Positions 18,920 to 27,910 are shown, numbered from the stretch's first letter. The stretch is DNA of 64,000 bases from Bacillota bacterium (GCA_021827745.1 JAKAUI010000037.1:6742-70741), one strand, 5' to 3'. Notes: generated by a model not told the origin, from the letters alone. Numbers and translations are program-made.

Positions 18920-19747
18920 ATGACAAAGACATTTGACCAGTGGGTGGCCGAGGCCGAAGCGGCCGCTTTCAGCGGTTGGGATTTTTCATTTATCGACGGC
19001 CGCTGGTGGGAGCCTCCTTGTCCGTGGGACTACCAGGCGCTGGTGACTGGGATGCTGAAGCAGGCGACCAGCCTGCTCGACATGGGCACCGGCGGAGGCG
19101 AGTTTTTGGCTGCCCTGGGCCCGCATCTCCCGGCCCGCACCGTTGCCACCGAAGCCTACGCCCCGAACATCGACGTGGCCCGCAAAACATTGGAGCCCTG
19201 GGGCGTGACGGTGCTCGGCATCTCGCCGGAGAGCATGCATGCACACCCGCTCCAGGACGCGGTCTATCCCCTGCCGCTGGCTGATCGGTCGGTGGATCTC
19301 GTGATCAATCGGCATGAGTCGTTTGACGCAGGCGAGGTGGCGCGGGTGCTGGCGCCGGGAGGACACTTCGTGACCCAGCAGGTGGGGGCTCGCGACTTCG
19401 AGGCCATCAACCGCCGCCTGGGCAGCCCCCTGCCATTGGCCGAGTGGTCGTTGGCGGGGGCCCAGGAGCAAGTGCAGGCAGCGGGACTGCAGGTGGTCCA
19501 AGCGGAGGAAGCATTGATGACGGCGGGCTTTAAAGATGTCGGGGCGCTGGTTTATTACCTGAAGGCGGTGCCATGGCAGGTGGAGGACTTTTCGGTCAAC
19601 CGCTATCGCCCGGCACTGGAGGCCCTGCACCGTGAGATGAGCACGGAAGGTCCCTTCCTGGTGCAAAGCCATCGCTTCCTGATCATTGCGGCAAGTGCCG
19701 CTGATGCGCACGCAAACTTTGAGCTCGCCGATGACGAGGGATCCTAG
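18920..19747 (+). CDS. Class I SAM-dependent methyltransferase
   Basis: LLDMGTGGGEFLAAL (motif I), VDLVINRHE, LAPGGHFVTQQ. Confidence 0.7.
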   Translation: MTKTFDQWVAEAEAAAFSGWDFSFIDGRWWEPPCPWDYQALVTGMLKQATSLLDMGTGGGEFLAALGPHLPARTVATEAYAPNIDVARKTLEPWGVTVLGISPESMHAHPLQDAVYPLPLADRSVDLVINRHESFDAGEVARVLAPGGHFVTQQVGARDFEAINRRLGSPLPLAEWSLAGAQEQVQAAGLQVVQAEEALMTAGFKDVGALVYYLKAVPWQVEDFSVNRYRPALEALHREMSTEGPFLVQSHRFLIIAASAADAHANFELADDEGS

Positions 19748-19958
19748 GGGAGAAGTCTTCATTCGGGTCATCACCACCGACCCGCCTTCCCCGCACGGCC
19801 CCAACTTGGCTGCCGGTGACGAAGGGTGGAACGATCTGCCGGCCCTTCTCCCGCCCACCCGGCGCTCTTCTGTAAGCCGTTCGCCAGGGACTGCTGGGGC
19901 GGAGGTGGGCCCGGCTCAGATGCCCATGCTCGGCCATGGGTATCAGGCGGGGTGAGCG

Positions 19959-20369
19959 TCAGTCCAGCCAGCGTTCCATGCCTGGTGCCTCAGCTGCTCG
20001 GGGCGAGAATCCCATGGTCTCGTAGAATCCCTGCTTGCCAGCGGCACAGGTGAGCTGCAGCCACTTGATCCCTGACCTTTCGGCGTAGGCCACCAGATTT
20101 TCTAAGAGGGCTTTGCCGACACCGTGGCCCTGATCGCTCGGAAGCACGATCATGTCACAGATGAAACACTGATAGATGCCATCCGAGATCAGGCGCCCAA
20201 AGCCAACCAGGTCGCTCCCTCGGTAGGCGCTGACCGCATACCAACTGTGGCGCATCGCCTGAGCAAGCTGGGCCTCACTCAGCTGACGGCGCTCGTTCCA
20301 ACCGGTGGACTCGAAGAGTGCAAACAGTCGATCGGGCGCCGGCAGGTCAGCTCTGAAGTCAAGTTCCAT
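19959..20369 (-). CDS. GNAT family N-acetyltransferase
   Basis: 136 aa; acetyl-CoA binding motif VLPSDQGHGVGKALLENL; sits in a local GC dip. Confidence 0.8.
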   Translation of the reverse strand: MELDFRADLPAPDRLFALFESTGWNERRQLSEAQLAQAMRHSWYAVSAYRGSDLVGFGRLISDGIYQCFICDMIVLPSDQGHGVGKALLENLVAYAERSGIKWLQLTCAAGKQGFYETMGFSPRAAEAPGMERWLD

Positions 20370-20510
20370 GCGGATCGCATTCGCTGTGCGGCCAGATCAA
20401 CCCTATCTCGCGAGGACAGCAGCCGGGCGTATTGCCTGGTGAGTGCCTACGCGCCATCCGGATCTCAGTGTCGGATGGAAGACCTGTAGACGTGGCCGCT
20501 CGCCTAAGAC

Positions 20511-20523
20511 TAGACTTAGTCTA
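20511..20523. promoter_or_regulatory. Palindromic operator candidate upstream of the TA operon (TAGACT-T-AGTCTA)
   Basis: Perfect 13-bp AT-rich palindrome, 16 nt upstream of the antitoxin GTG start in an otherwise GC-rich context. Confidence 0.45.
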
Positions 20524-20538
20524 TCGGGGGCATGAAGC

Positions 20539-20778
20539 GTGAAATTGGTCAACGTCCACGAGGCCAAGACCCACTTGTCACGCCTGCTGGAGGACGTTGC
20601 CAATGGGCACGAGGTGACCATTGCCAAAGCAGGCAAGCCGATTGCCCGGTTAGTGCCTATTGCGGGGCACCCGACACAGCGGGCACCTGGCTATCTGCGC
20701 GGCAGGATCCGTATCGCACAGGATTTTGACACGCCGCTGCCCGAGGATGTGCAGTCAGCCTTTGAAGGTGAGCGGTGA
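20539..20778 (+). CDS. Type II antitoxin, Phd/YefM family
   Basis: MKLVNVHEAKTHLSRLLEDVANGHEVTIAKAGKPIARLVP is the canonical Phd/YefM N-terminus; GTG start. Confidence 0.8.
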   Translation: MKLVNVHEAKTHLSRLLEDVANGHEVTIAKAGKPIARLVPIAGHPTQRAPGYLRGRIRIAQDFDTPLPEDVQSAFEGER

Positions 20779-21167
20779 AGATCCCTCTCGATACCCAAAT
20801 CTAACTTTGGTTCTTGGCCGACTCCCCCAGACTGCCCGGTGCGGTGAAAGCACAGATCTCTCGTGCATCAGAGGTCTATGTCAGCGCGGCGTCGATATGG
20901 GAGTCATGCATCAAGATCGGGATTGGGAAGTTGGATGCGAATCCGAACGAACTAGTGCTCGGCATCGAGGGTAGTGGATTTGAGCAACTGCCAGTCACCG
21001 CCGAGCACGCCGCTGCAGTGGCAGGTTTGCCTCAACACCATAGGGATCCCTTCGACCGGTTGCTTGTAGCCCAGGCCATGGCAGGGCCGCTGACATTGCT
21101 CTCGAGCGATCCAATCCTCAGGAAATACACGGAACTCGTCACGCTGATCACTCCCGATGGTTCCTGA
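20775..21167 (+). pseudogene. vapC: VapC PIN-domain toxin interrupted by an in-frame TAA after codon 9
   Basis: GTG 20775 overlaps the antitoxin stop (GTGA); reads VKIPLDTQI-TAA(20802..20804)-LWFLADSPRLPGAVKAQI..VSAASIWESCIKIGIGKLD..HRDPFDRLLVAQA (PIN motifs). The first catalytic Asp (LDT) lies upstream of the stop; the ORF reopens at TTG 20814. Confidence 0.6.
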
Positions 21168-21643
21168 TCATGGCGAACGACCGGCGAGCTGGCGCACCGT
21201 GATCCCGAATGCCCCGTGGCGGCTTGGCGGCCGAGCGAGGCGCTGTCTGCTGCCGAAACGTCGAGCAGCGTCGCCGCAGGGGTCCAGCCTGCGGATGCGG
21301 TGTCGCGTACCAGGCGGTGCATTCTCCGGCCGTGAGCGCAAATGCTGGTGGCGCCTTACTGGCAACAGATGGCACTGCCGGGGCGATCGGCATCAGTACA
21401 AGCTGGATGTGGCCAAGTAGGCGGGCGGGCACGGAACTCAAGCTAGGCGCAAATGCCGTCCTCCTGAGTCGACCGACCGTCACCTCAACCCACACGATCG
21501 AGATGTTTGCGGGAAGGCACCCTATTACATGCAAGACAGCGCCAGGATCTGGTCATGGGTGGCCAGCGGGTCGGTCGCGAACCCGTCGGGAATTGCCCGG
21601 TGCCCACAAGGCTGTGCTAGCCCGAGGTGCAAGTCAGGGCGGC

Positions 21644-22210
21644 CTATAGGTCGTCTTGAAAACGCTGCTCGCGCCAGGGGTCGCCGCGCATATGGTAGCC
21701 TGCTCGCTCCCAGAATCCGGGTTCGTCCTCGGCGACCAGGTCCAACCCATGCACCCACTTGGCGCTCTTCCAGAAGTAGAGGTGCGGCACCATCAGCCGA
21801 AGCGGTCCGCCGTGCTCAGGACTCAGTGGCTGGCCGCCGTGGGCGTGGGCGAACAAGACGTCTGGCCGCATCAGGTCATCGAGCGGCAGATTGGTGGTGA
21901 AGCCCTGGGCACAGGCCGCCACTGCGTACCGGGCGCCCGGCTTGGGGCGGGCTCGGGCGATCAGGTCCGCCACCCGCACGCCACTGAAGCGGTTGTCGTA
22001 TCGGCTCCAACCGGTGACGCAGTGGATGTCGACCGTCACCTCGTGCTGGGGCAGGGCCATCAGTTCGGCCCAAGAGAGGGAGAAGGGAGCCTCCACCATG
22101 CCGCCGATGCTCAGCCGAAAGCGGGCGGGATCCACACTCGGCACAGTCCCGTAGTGCAGCACCGGCCAGTTGGTGACCAGACGCTGATTGGGCGGAAGCC
22201 GTTCGGGCAT
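21644..22210 (-). CDS. Sulfite-oxidase-like molybdopterin-binding oxidoreductase (small, about 188 aa)
   Basis: HCVTGWSRYDNRFSGVRV and PEHGGPLRLMVPHLYFWKSAKWVHGL are typical Moco-binding oxidoreductase motifs; only the C-terminal 188 aa of the long minus ORF is gene-like. Confidence 0.7.
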   Translation of the reverse strand: MPERLPPNQRLVTNWPVLHYGTVPSVDPARFRLSIGGMVEAPFSLSWAELMALPQHEVTVDIHCVTGWSRYDNRFSGVRVADLIARARPKPGARYAVAACAQGFTTNLPLDDLMRPDVLFAHAHGGQPLSPEHGGPLRLMVPHLYFWKSAKWVHGLDLVAEDEPGFWERAGYHMRGDPWREQRFQDDL

Positions 22211-22318
22211 GGTGTGACCTCCGATCGCGCACTCGCGCTCCAGTATATCTTGCCGCCATGCGAGCCGACCACGCTGTGGTAGGCTCCTTAGAAGACCCGC
22301 CCTGCGAGGAGGCAGCCG

Positions 22319-22879
22319 ATGAAGAGCCGCGACGACGCCTGGACCCTGCTCACCACCTACACCAAGGAGCCGCACCTGATCCGCCACGCCCTGGCGGTGG
22401 AGGCGGCGATGCGCGGCGCAGCCCAGCGCCTGGGCGAGGACGTGGAGCTGTGGGGTGCGACCGGACTCCTGCACGACTTCGACTACGAACGCTATCCGAC
22501 GCTGGAGGACCACCCCGTCAAGGGCTCTGAGATCCTGCGCGCCGAGGGATACCCCGAGGAGATGGTGGTGGCCATCTTGGGCCACGGCAATCATACCGGT
22601 GTTCCTCGCACCACAGCCATGGCGCACCAGCTGTTCGCCGTAGACGAGCTGACCGGTCTCGTGATGGCGGTGGCCATGGTCAAGGGCCGCGACCTGGCGG
22701 CGGTGGAGCCCGGATCCGTCATGCGCAAGATGAAGGACAAGGCCTTTGCCCGCGGCGTCAGCCGCCAGGATGTGACAGACGGCGCCGCCGAGATCGGCGA
22801 GGGGCTGGAGGCCCACATCGGCCATGTGATCGCCGACCTGACCGAGATCGCACCCGCCTTGGGACTGGCAGGCGCCTAG
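22319..22879 (+). CDS. HD-domain phosphohydrolase (HDIG type)
   Basis: HALAVEAAMR...GLLHDFDYE (the HD motif). Confidence 0.75.
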   Translation: MKSRDDAWTLLTTYTKEPHLIRHALAVEAAMRGAAQRLGEDVELWGATGLLHDFDYERYPTLEDHPVKGSEILRAEGYPEEMVVAILGHGNHTGVPRTTAMAHQLFAVDELTGLVMAVAMVKGRDLAAVEPGSVMRKMKDKAFARGVSRQDVTDGAAEIGEGLEAHIGHVIADLTEIAPALGLAGA

Positions 22880-23590
22880 GTGCGAGCAGCCGACGTCGGC
22901 GGAACGGTGCTCCGCATCTGGCGCTACCCGGTCAAGTCGCTCGGCGGCGAAGAGGTCCAAAAGGTCGACGTGGAAGGACGCGGTCTCGTCGGCGACCGCC
23001 AGCTCGGGCTGTACAACAGCGCGGGGAAGATCGCAAGCGGCAAGGAGATGCGCCGCTTTTGCCGCGTCCCGGGCTTGTTGATGGCCTCGGCCCGTTGCGC
23101 GGGTGAGGACGTCGTCCTGACCCGTGGCGAGCGCTCGGTTCTCGCCTCCGATCCGACCGTGCACGATCAGGTCTCGGAGTGGTTCTCCCTGCCGCTCGCG
23201 GTGGCGAGAGAACACGAGGTCTCGCACTTCGATGAGCTGCCGATCAGCCTGCTCACCACCGCCGCCCTGGCACAGCTGGCTGACTGGATGGGGATCTCTG
23301 CAGTGGAGCCCAGCCGATTTCGGCCCAATCTGTTGCTCGACTGGCCGGGAGCGGGGTGCCTCGAAGACGGCTGGATCGGACGCACCCTGGTCTTTTCGGG
23401 TGGACTGCGCCTTGAGGTGGTGCACCCGATCACCCGCTGCGTGATGGTGACGCAGGAGAGCCTGACGGCGCCGGCCGACCCGAGCATCCTTTCGACGCTG
23501 GCAGATCGGCACGACGCCTGTCTTGGCGTCCTGGCCCGGGTGGCGCAAACGGGCAGCGTCTCAGTCGGCGAGCAGATCTGGCTTGAGTGA
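22880..23590 (+). CDS. MOSC-domain protein (YcbX-like)
   Basis: LRIWRYPVKSLGGEEV (MOSC N-terminal beta-barrel) plus C-terminal PITRCVMV with the conserved Cys. Confidence 0.75.
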   Translation: MRAADVGGTVLRIWRYPVKSLGGEEVQKVDVEGRGLVGDRQLGLYNSAGKIASGKEMRRFCRVPGLLMASARCAGEDVVLTRGERSVLASDPTVHDQVSEWFSLPLAVAREHEVSHFDELPISLLTTAALAQLADWMGISAVEPSRFRPNLLLDWPGAGCLEDGWIGRTLVFSGGLRLEVVHPITRCVMVTQESLTAPADPSILSTLADRHDACLGVLARVAQTGSVSVGEQIWLE

Positions 23591-23670
23591 GCAGATCGCT
23601 TGGGCAGCAGCCGGGCCCGGCGGCGAAACACCACCGGGCCCGGCGATCTCAAAAGGCGGTCAAGGACGGT

Positions 23671-24123
23671 TCAGTGGTGGCTTTGATCCGGTCCCTCACC
23701 GTTGCCCACGCCTTCGCTGCTGAAGAGCGGCCGGCGGCCTTGGAAGCCAGCGTGCGGACCATGGAAGAACAAGATCTCGGCCTCGCCCAGCTGCCAGCAG
23801 AGCAGGGCCGGCTGGCCGTCGACCTCGGAGGGAAAGTCGATCAGGCCAAGCGCCACATTTTTCAACTCGCAGCCATGGTCGGTGATCGACTGGACCAGGG
23901 CGTTGGCCTCGGAGATGGCTTGCGTGAACACACCCTGGGCCAGCTCGATGTCATAGCGCAGGATGGGGCGTCCGTCCTCGGTCCGGCCCACGCCCTTCAG
24001 CTGCTCGACCTCGGCGTATTTTTCCTGGGCCACCGCCTGCAGGTGCTGGAGACGGTCCAGTCGCTGCCGGAACAGGGGCAGAAGAGCGTTTGCCTCCTCG
24101 ATGGTGAACTGCCGCTTGGCCAT
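23671..24123 (-). CDS. DUF2203-family protein
   Basis: MAKRQFTIEEANALLPLFRQRLDRL...ITDHGCELKNVALGLIDFP...LLCWQLGE matches the DUF2203 pattern; ATG chosen inside the longer ORF. Confidence 0.55.
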   Translation of the reverse strand: MAKRQFTIEEANALLPLFRQRLDRLQHLQAVAQEKYAEVEQLKGVGRTEDGRPILRYDIELAQGVFTQAISEANALVQSITDHGCELKNVALGLIDFPSEVDGQPALLCWQLGEAEILFFHGPHAGFQGRRPLFSSEGVGNGEGPDQSHH

Positions 24124-24348
24124 GTCGATCCCTCCTTGGTCGGTCCCAGGCCGACCGTGTGATGATGATCCCGGATCACCCCGAGGAGGTTTTTCACCCC
24201 GTGCCAGGTTCATGAATTGGCTAGTTCACCAAGCCGAAAGTCCTTCCTGCCCATGGTCCAGAATCTGTGGAAAAGGCGGGCGCACGGCCTAGCGGGCGCC
24301 CGGGCAGTCGGCTAGAATGAATCCCAGATCTGCTTTGGGGGGACAAGC

Positions 24349-24519
24349 GTGCGCCGTCGGGTTGTCTTTGTGCTCACACTGCTCCTGGCCATGGCGGTCC
24401 CGTCTGCCGCCTTCGCTGCCGCACCAGGTGCGTCTGGCGGCCCGTCTTTGATCGACGTGGCGCTGCTCTTTGTCGCCACCTTCGCCGCCTTTTTGTGGCT
24501 GCTCAGCGTCTTCATCTAG
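24349..24519 (+). CDS. Candidate small membrane protein (56 aa, two hydrophobic segments)
   Basis: GTG start; VRRRVVFVLTLLLAMAVPSAAFAAAPGASGGPSLIDVALLFVATFAAFLWLLSVFI; not in the ORF track because it is under 60 aa. Confidence 0.3.
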   Translation: MRRRVVFVLTLLLAMAVPSAAFAAAPGASGGPSLIDVALLFVATFAAFLWLLSVFI

Positions 24520-25112
24520 AGGGTTCGCAGTCCGACCACCATGCCGACGGTGAGGGCGCGCACGATTGGCAGCAGCGCGCCCGCCTTCGGCGCGGGATCT
24601 TCGGCTAGAGCGCTGTCCAAGAGCTGCTCGAGACCGCCGACCAGGAACTGGCTGGCGGTTCGGATCTCGGTCGGCGAGCGCAGATGGAGGGTCAGTTCAT
24701 CCAGGTCGCGGGCCAGCAGGCGGGCCATCTCGTCGGCCACCGCCTGCACCTTGGCGCGCACGGCCGGCTCGGGTCCGTGCCGCGAACTGGCCACCAGGCG
24801 GGCCAGAGGACCCTGGGCCAAGAAGGTGCTGACCGCCGCCTCGACGGAAGCCAGCAGCTTCGCCTCGCCGTCTTCGGCCTGGGAGCGTCTGTCCAGCACA
24901 GAGCGCATCAGCTCCCCGTAGAGCGTGTCCAAAAGGTCGAGGAAGCACGCCTCTTTGGACGGGAAGTAGCGGTAGAAGCTTCCGGTGGCGATGTTGGCCC
25001 GACGTGTGATCGCCGCCACCGTCGCCCTGTCGTAGCCGGACTCGGAGAACACCTGGTGGGCGGCGTCGATCAGACGCCGGCGTCGGACAGACGGTGCGGG
25101 TGGTGACTGCAT
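24516..25112 (-). CDS. TetR/AcrR family transcriptional regulator
   Basis: HTH: RATVAAITRRANIATGSFYRYFPSKEA; start at the ATG for MQSPPAPS. Confidence 0.8.
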   Translation of the reverse strand: MQSPPAPSVRRRRLIDAAHQVFSESGYDRATVAAITRRANIATGSFYRYFPSKEACFLDLLDTLYGELMRSVLDRRSQAEDGEAKLLASVEAAVSTFLAQGPLARLVASSRHGPEPAVRAKVQAVADEMARLLARDLDELTLHLRSPTEIRTASQFLVGGLEQLLDSALAEDPAPKAGALLPIVRALTVGMVVGLRTL

Positions 25113-25220
25113 GCCGGACACTACCACACGCCCGCCCCGTTCCCTCCCACAAGGTGCCGAGCGTAGGCGGAGCGAATCGGGAGGCGCGGTCCGTTTCATT
25201 TGGGAAGGAGCCCAACAAGC

Positions 25221-26534
25221 ATGGCGAAGCCGACCCCAGATCAGGCGCTGGCCCGGCAGAAGAAGTTTATCGTTCCGGCGGTGGCCCTCTACTACGACCA
25301 CCCGCTGCTCTTGGTGCGGGGTGAAGGCACCCACTTGGTCGATGTGCAGGGCAAGCGCTATTTGGACTTTTATGCCGGCATCCTGACCGTCTCAGTGGGC
25401 TACAACAACCCGCGGGTGGCGGCTGCAGTCGCCGACCAGATGAAGGAAGCGAACCATCTGTCCACCTTTTATCTGACCCTGCCCATGATCGAGCTGGCCG
25501 AAAGGCTGGCCGCCATCACGCCCGGCGCCTTGGAGATGTCGTTTTTCACCAACTCCGGCACCGAGGCCAACGAGAGCGCCCTGCACATGGCCCGTCTGGC
25601 CACCCGCCGCCAGGAGGTGGTGGCCCTGCGCTACGCCTATTCCGGCCACTCCACCGTCACCCGATCGCTGACCGGTCTCGCCAGCTGGCGGCCGCTGGTC
25701 GAGGTGCCGGGCATCCGCCACGCCCATGCCCCCTACTGCTACCGCTGCCCGTTTCACCGCACGCCCGAGAGCTGCAACTACGAGTGCGCCCGCGATGTCG
25801 AGGAAGTGATCCGCACCACCACCAGCGGCCAGATCGCCGCCTTCATCGCCGAGCCAATCCAGGGGGCGGGCGGCTTCATCACGCCGCCCGAGCAGTATTT
25901 CCAGATCGTGCACGAAATCATCAAGCGCTACGGCGGGCTGTTCATCGCAGACGAGGTGCAGACCGGGTTTGGTCGTACCGGGAAGATGTTTGGCATCGAA
26001 CACTGGGGCGTCGACCCGGACCTGATGACCTTCGCCAAGGCCCTGGCCAACGGAGCCCCGATCGGCGCCACCATCGCCATCCGGGAGGTGGGCGAGGCAT
26101 TCACCGGTCCGGTGATCTCCACCTTTGGCGGCAACCCAATCAGCATGCGGGCGGCCTTGGCCACCCTAGACGTGATCGAGGAGGACGGACTGGCCGAGCG
26201 GGCCGAGGTACTGGGCCGGGGACTTCGCCACGGGTTGGACGAGCTGAAGGCTCGCTATCCGTTCGTCGGAGATGTGCGAGGCAAGGGATTGATGCAGGCG
26301 ATCGAATTCGTCCGGGCCGAGAAGGCGCCGGCGCCCGACCTCTTGAAGGAGTTCATGGAGGGCACGAGACGGCGCGGCGTCCTGGTCGGCAAGGGCGGGA
26401 TCGACGGTCAGGTGGCCCGCATCTCACCGCCGCTCACCATCACCGAGGCCGAACTGGACGAGGCGCTGGCTGCCATGGCCGAGTCGGCGGCCGACATCGC
26501 CAAGGCGCACCCCGAGCTCCGCCCGACCGCCTGA
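25221..26534 (+). CDS. Class III (omega) aminotransferase, PLP-dependent
   Basis: LFIADEVQTGFGRTGKMFG (PLP-lysine region) and FTNSGTEANESAL; RBS GGAAGGAG upstream. Confidence 0.85.
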   Translation: MAKPTPDQALARQKKFIVPAVALYYDHPLLLVRGEGTHLVDVQGKRYLDFYAGILTVSVGYNNPRVAAAVADQMKEANHLSTFYLTLPMIELAERLAAITPGALEMSFFTNSGTEANESALHMARLATRRQEVVALRYAYSGHSTVTRSLTGLASWRPLVEVPGIRHAHAPYCYRCPFHRTPESCNYECARDVEEVIRTTTSGQIAAFIAEPIQGAGGFITPPEQYFQIVHEIIKRYGGLFIADEVQTGFGRTGKMFGIEHWGVDPDLMTFAKALANGAPIGATIAIREVGEAFTGPVISTFGGNPISMRAALATLDVIEEDGLAERAEVLGRGLRHGLDELKARYPFVGDVRGKGLMQAIEFVRAEKAPAPDLLKEFMEGTRRRGVLVGKGGIDGQVARISPPLTITEAELDEALAAMAESAADIAKAHPELRPTA

Positions 26535-26563
26535 TCGTCCATCGCCCAAGGGAGGCTCGGCCG

Positions 26564-26824
26564 ATGCAACTTCTGGTGCTGGTGACACCGGCCGCCAACT
26601 GGGCTGCGATCCGTCACCAACTGGAGGCCCAGACCTTCGCCGCCACCATCCTGGAGGCGACCGCCCACGGGCCCGGCCACAAGCTGGCCACCGTCTTGAT
26701 CGCGACGGACGAGCATCGGGTGGAGGAGGCCTGCGCCCTGCTGCGGGCCGCCGTCCAGAGGACCGCCCAAGCGGCTGAGAGCGACCTGTTCGTGGTGCCG
26801 GTCGACCACTTCACCAAGACCTGA
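26564..26824 (+). CDS. Small P-II-like (GlnB-fold) protein lacking a T-loop
   Basis: 86 aa; MQLLVLVTPAANWAAIRHQLEAQTFAATILEATAHG...LATVLIATDEHRVEEA parallels GlnB MKKIEAII..VREALAEVGITGMTVTEVKG..KIEIVV; RBS GGGAGG. Confidence 0.5.
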   Translation: MQLLVLVTPAANWAAIRHQLEAQTFAATILEATAHGPGHKLATVLIATDEHRVEEACALLRAAVQRTAQAAESDLFVVPVDHFTKT

Positions 26825-26867
26825 GGCGACTTGGGTCACAAGTCACACAACTCAGGAGGCGAGCACG

Positions 26868-27899
26868 CTGCTAGAGGCCGCTCTGATCGGTTATCCGCGC
26901 TCTGGCAAGAGCACCTTCTTCTCCCTGCTGACCGGCCGGCACCCGACCGGCCACGCCGGCGCCGAAAAGGGCGTGATGGCCGTGGCCGACGCCCGGCTTG
27001 CCGTGCTGGCCGACGCCTTTCACCCAAGGCGGGTGACGCCGGCCCAGATCGGGCTGGTCGACACGCCGGCCCTGCGCCCGGGAGAGGGCTCGGACGAGAA
27101 CCGGCGCTTTCTGGCCGAGATCCGGCAGGTGGACGCCCTGATTCTGATCCTGGCCGGCTTTGCCGGCTCCGGTGGTCCGCCGCCGCAAGAAGCGGCCGAG
27201 ACCATCTTGCTGGAGCTGGCGCTGGCGGACCTTGAGATCGTCGAAAAGCGGCTCGACCGTCTTGGCAAGCAGAAGAGAACGGCCGGAGACGAGCTGGAGC
27301 GGGCGGCGCTTGGCCGCTGCCTTGGCGCCCTCTCCGCCGGGCGCACCGTGCGCTCCTTAGAACTGGAGAGAGACCAGGTCCTGACCCTGCGCAGCATCGG
27401 CCTGCTCACTCTGAAGCCGGTGATTCATGTCTTGAACCTGGCCGAGGACGACCTCGATCAGGGCGCCGAGCTGGCGGGTCGGCTGCCCGAGCCGGTGCTG
27501 GTCACCTCGGCCCTGATCGAGCAGGAGATCGCGCTGTTGGCGGCCGAAGAGCGCCAGGACTTTCTGAAGACGCTCGGCTTCGAGGAGGATGGCATGAGTC
27601 GGCTCTCCCGGACGGTGTACCAGCACCTCGGGCTGGCCTCGTTTTTGACCGCCGGCGAAGATGAGGTGCGGGCCTGGACGATCGAGGCCGGGCTTCCAGC
27701 CAAGGAGGCGGCGGGCAAGATCCACTCCGACATCGCCCGCGGCTTCATCCGGGCGGAGGTGGTGGCCTACGACCGCTTCGTGGAGGACGGGCTCTCAATG
27801 GCCACGGCCAAGGAGCAGGGGCACTGGCGGCTGGAGGGCAAGGAGTACCCGGTTCAGGACGGCGACATGATCAACTTCCGCTTTCAGGCCGGACGCTAG
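26868..27899 (+). CDS. YchF/Obg-family P-loop NTPase paralog with C-terminal TGS domain; non-canonical (CTG?) start
   Basis: LLEAALIGYPRSGKSTFFSLLTG (G1); C-terminal IHSDIARGFIRAEVVAYD..GHWRLEGKEYPVQDGDMINFRF matches the YchF TGS domain. No ATG/GTG/TTG lies in frame between AGGAGG (26854..26859) and the P-loop; CTG 26868 sits 8 nt after the RBS. Confidence 0.6.
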   Translation: MLEAALIGYPRSGKSTFFSLLTGRHPTGHAGAEKGVMAVADARLAVLADAFHPRRVTPAQIGLVDTPALRPGEGSDENRRFLAEIRQVDALILILAGFAGSGGPPPQEAAETILLELALADLEIVEKRLDRLGKQKRTAGDELERAALGRCLGALSAGRTVRSLELERDQVLTLRSIGLLTLKPVIHVLNLAEDDLDQGAELAGRLPEPVLVTSALIEQEIALLAAEERQDFLKTLGFEEDGMSRLSRTVYQHLGLASFLTAGEDEVRAWTIEAGLPAKEAAGKIHSDIARGFIRAEVVAYDRFVEDGLSMATAKEQGHWRLEGKEYPVQDGDMINFRFQAGR

Positions 27900-27910
27900 G
27901 AGGCAGCCAG

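Noticed and set aside
21644-23548. 634-aa minus-strand ORF
   Set aside because: Only the C-terminal 188 aa (21644..22210) look like a real protein (Moco oxidoreductase). The rest is Arg/Gly/His-rich and antisense to the well-supported HD-domain and MOSC genes.
23587-24162. 191-aa plus-strand ORF
   Set aside because: Antisense to the DUF2203 gene, which has a recognisable conserved N-terminus. The plus-strand product is low-complexity.
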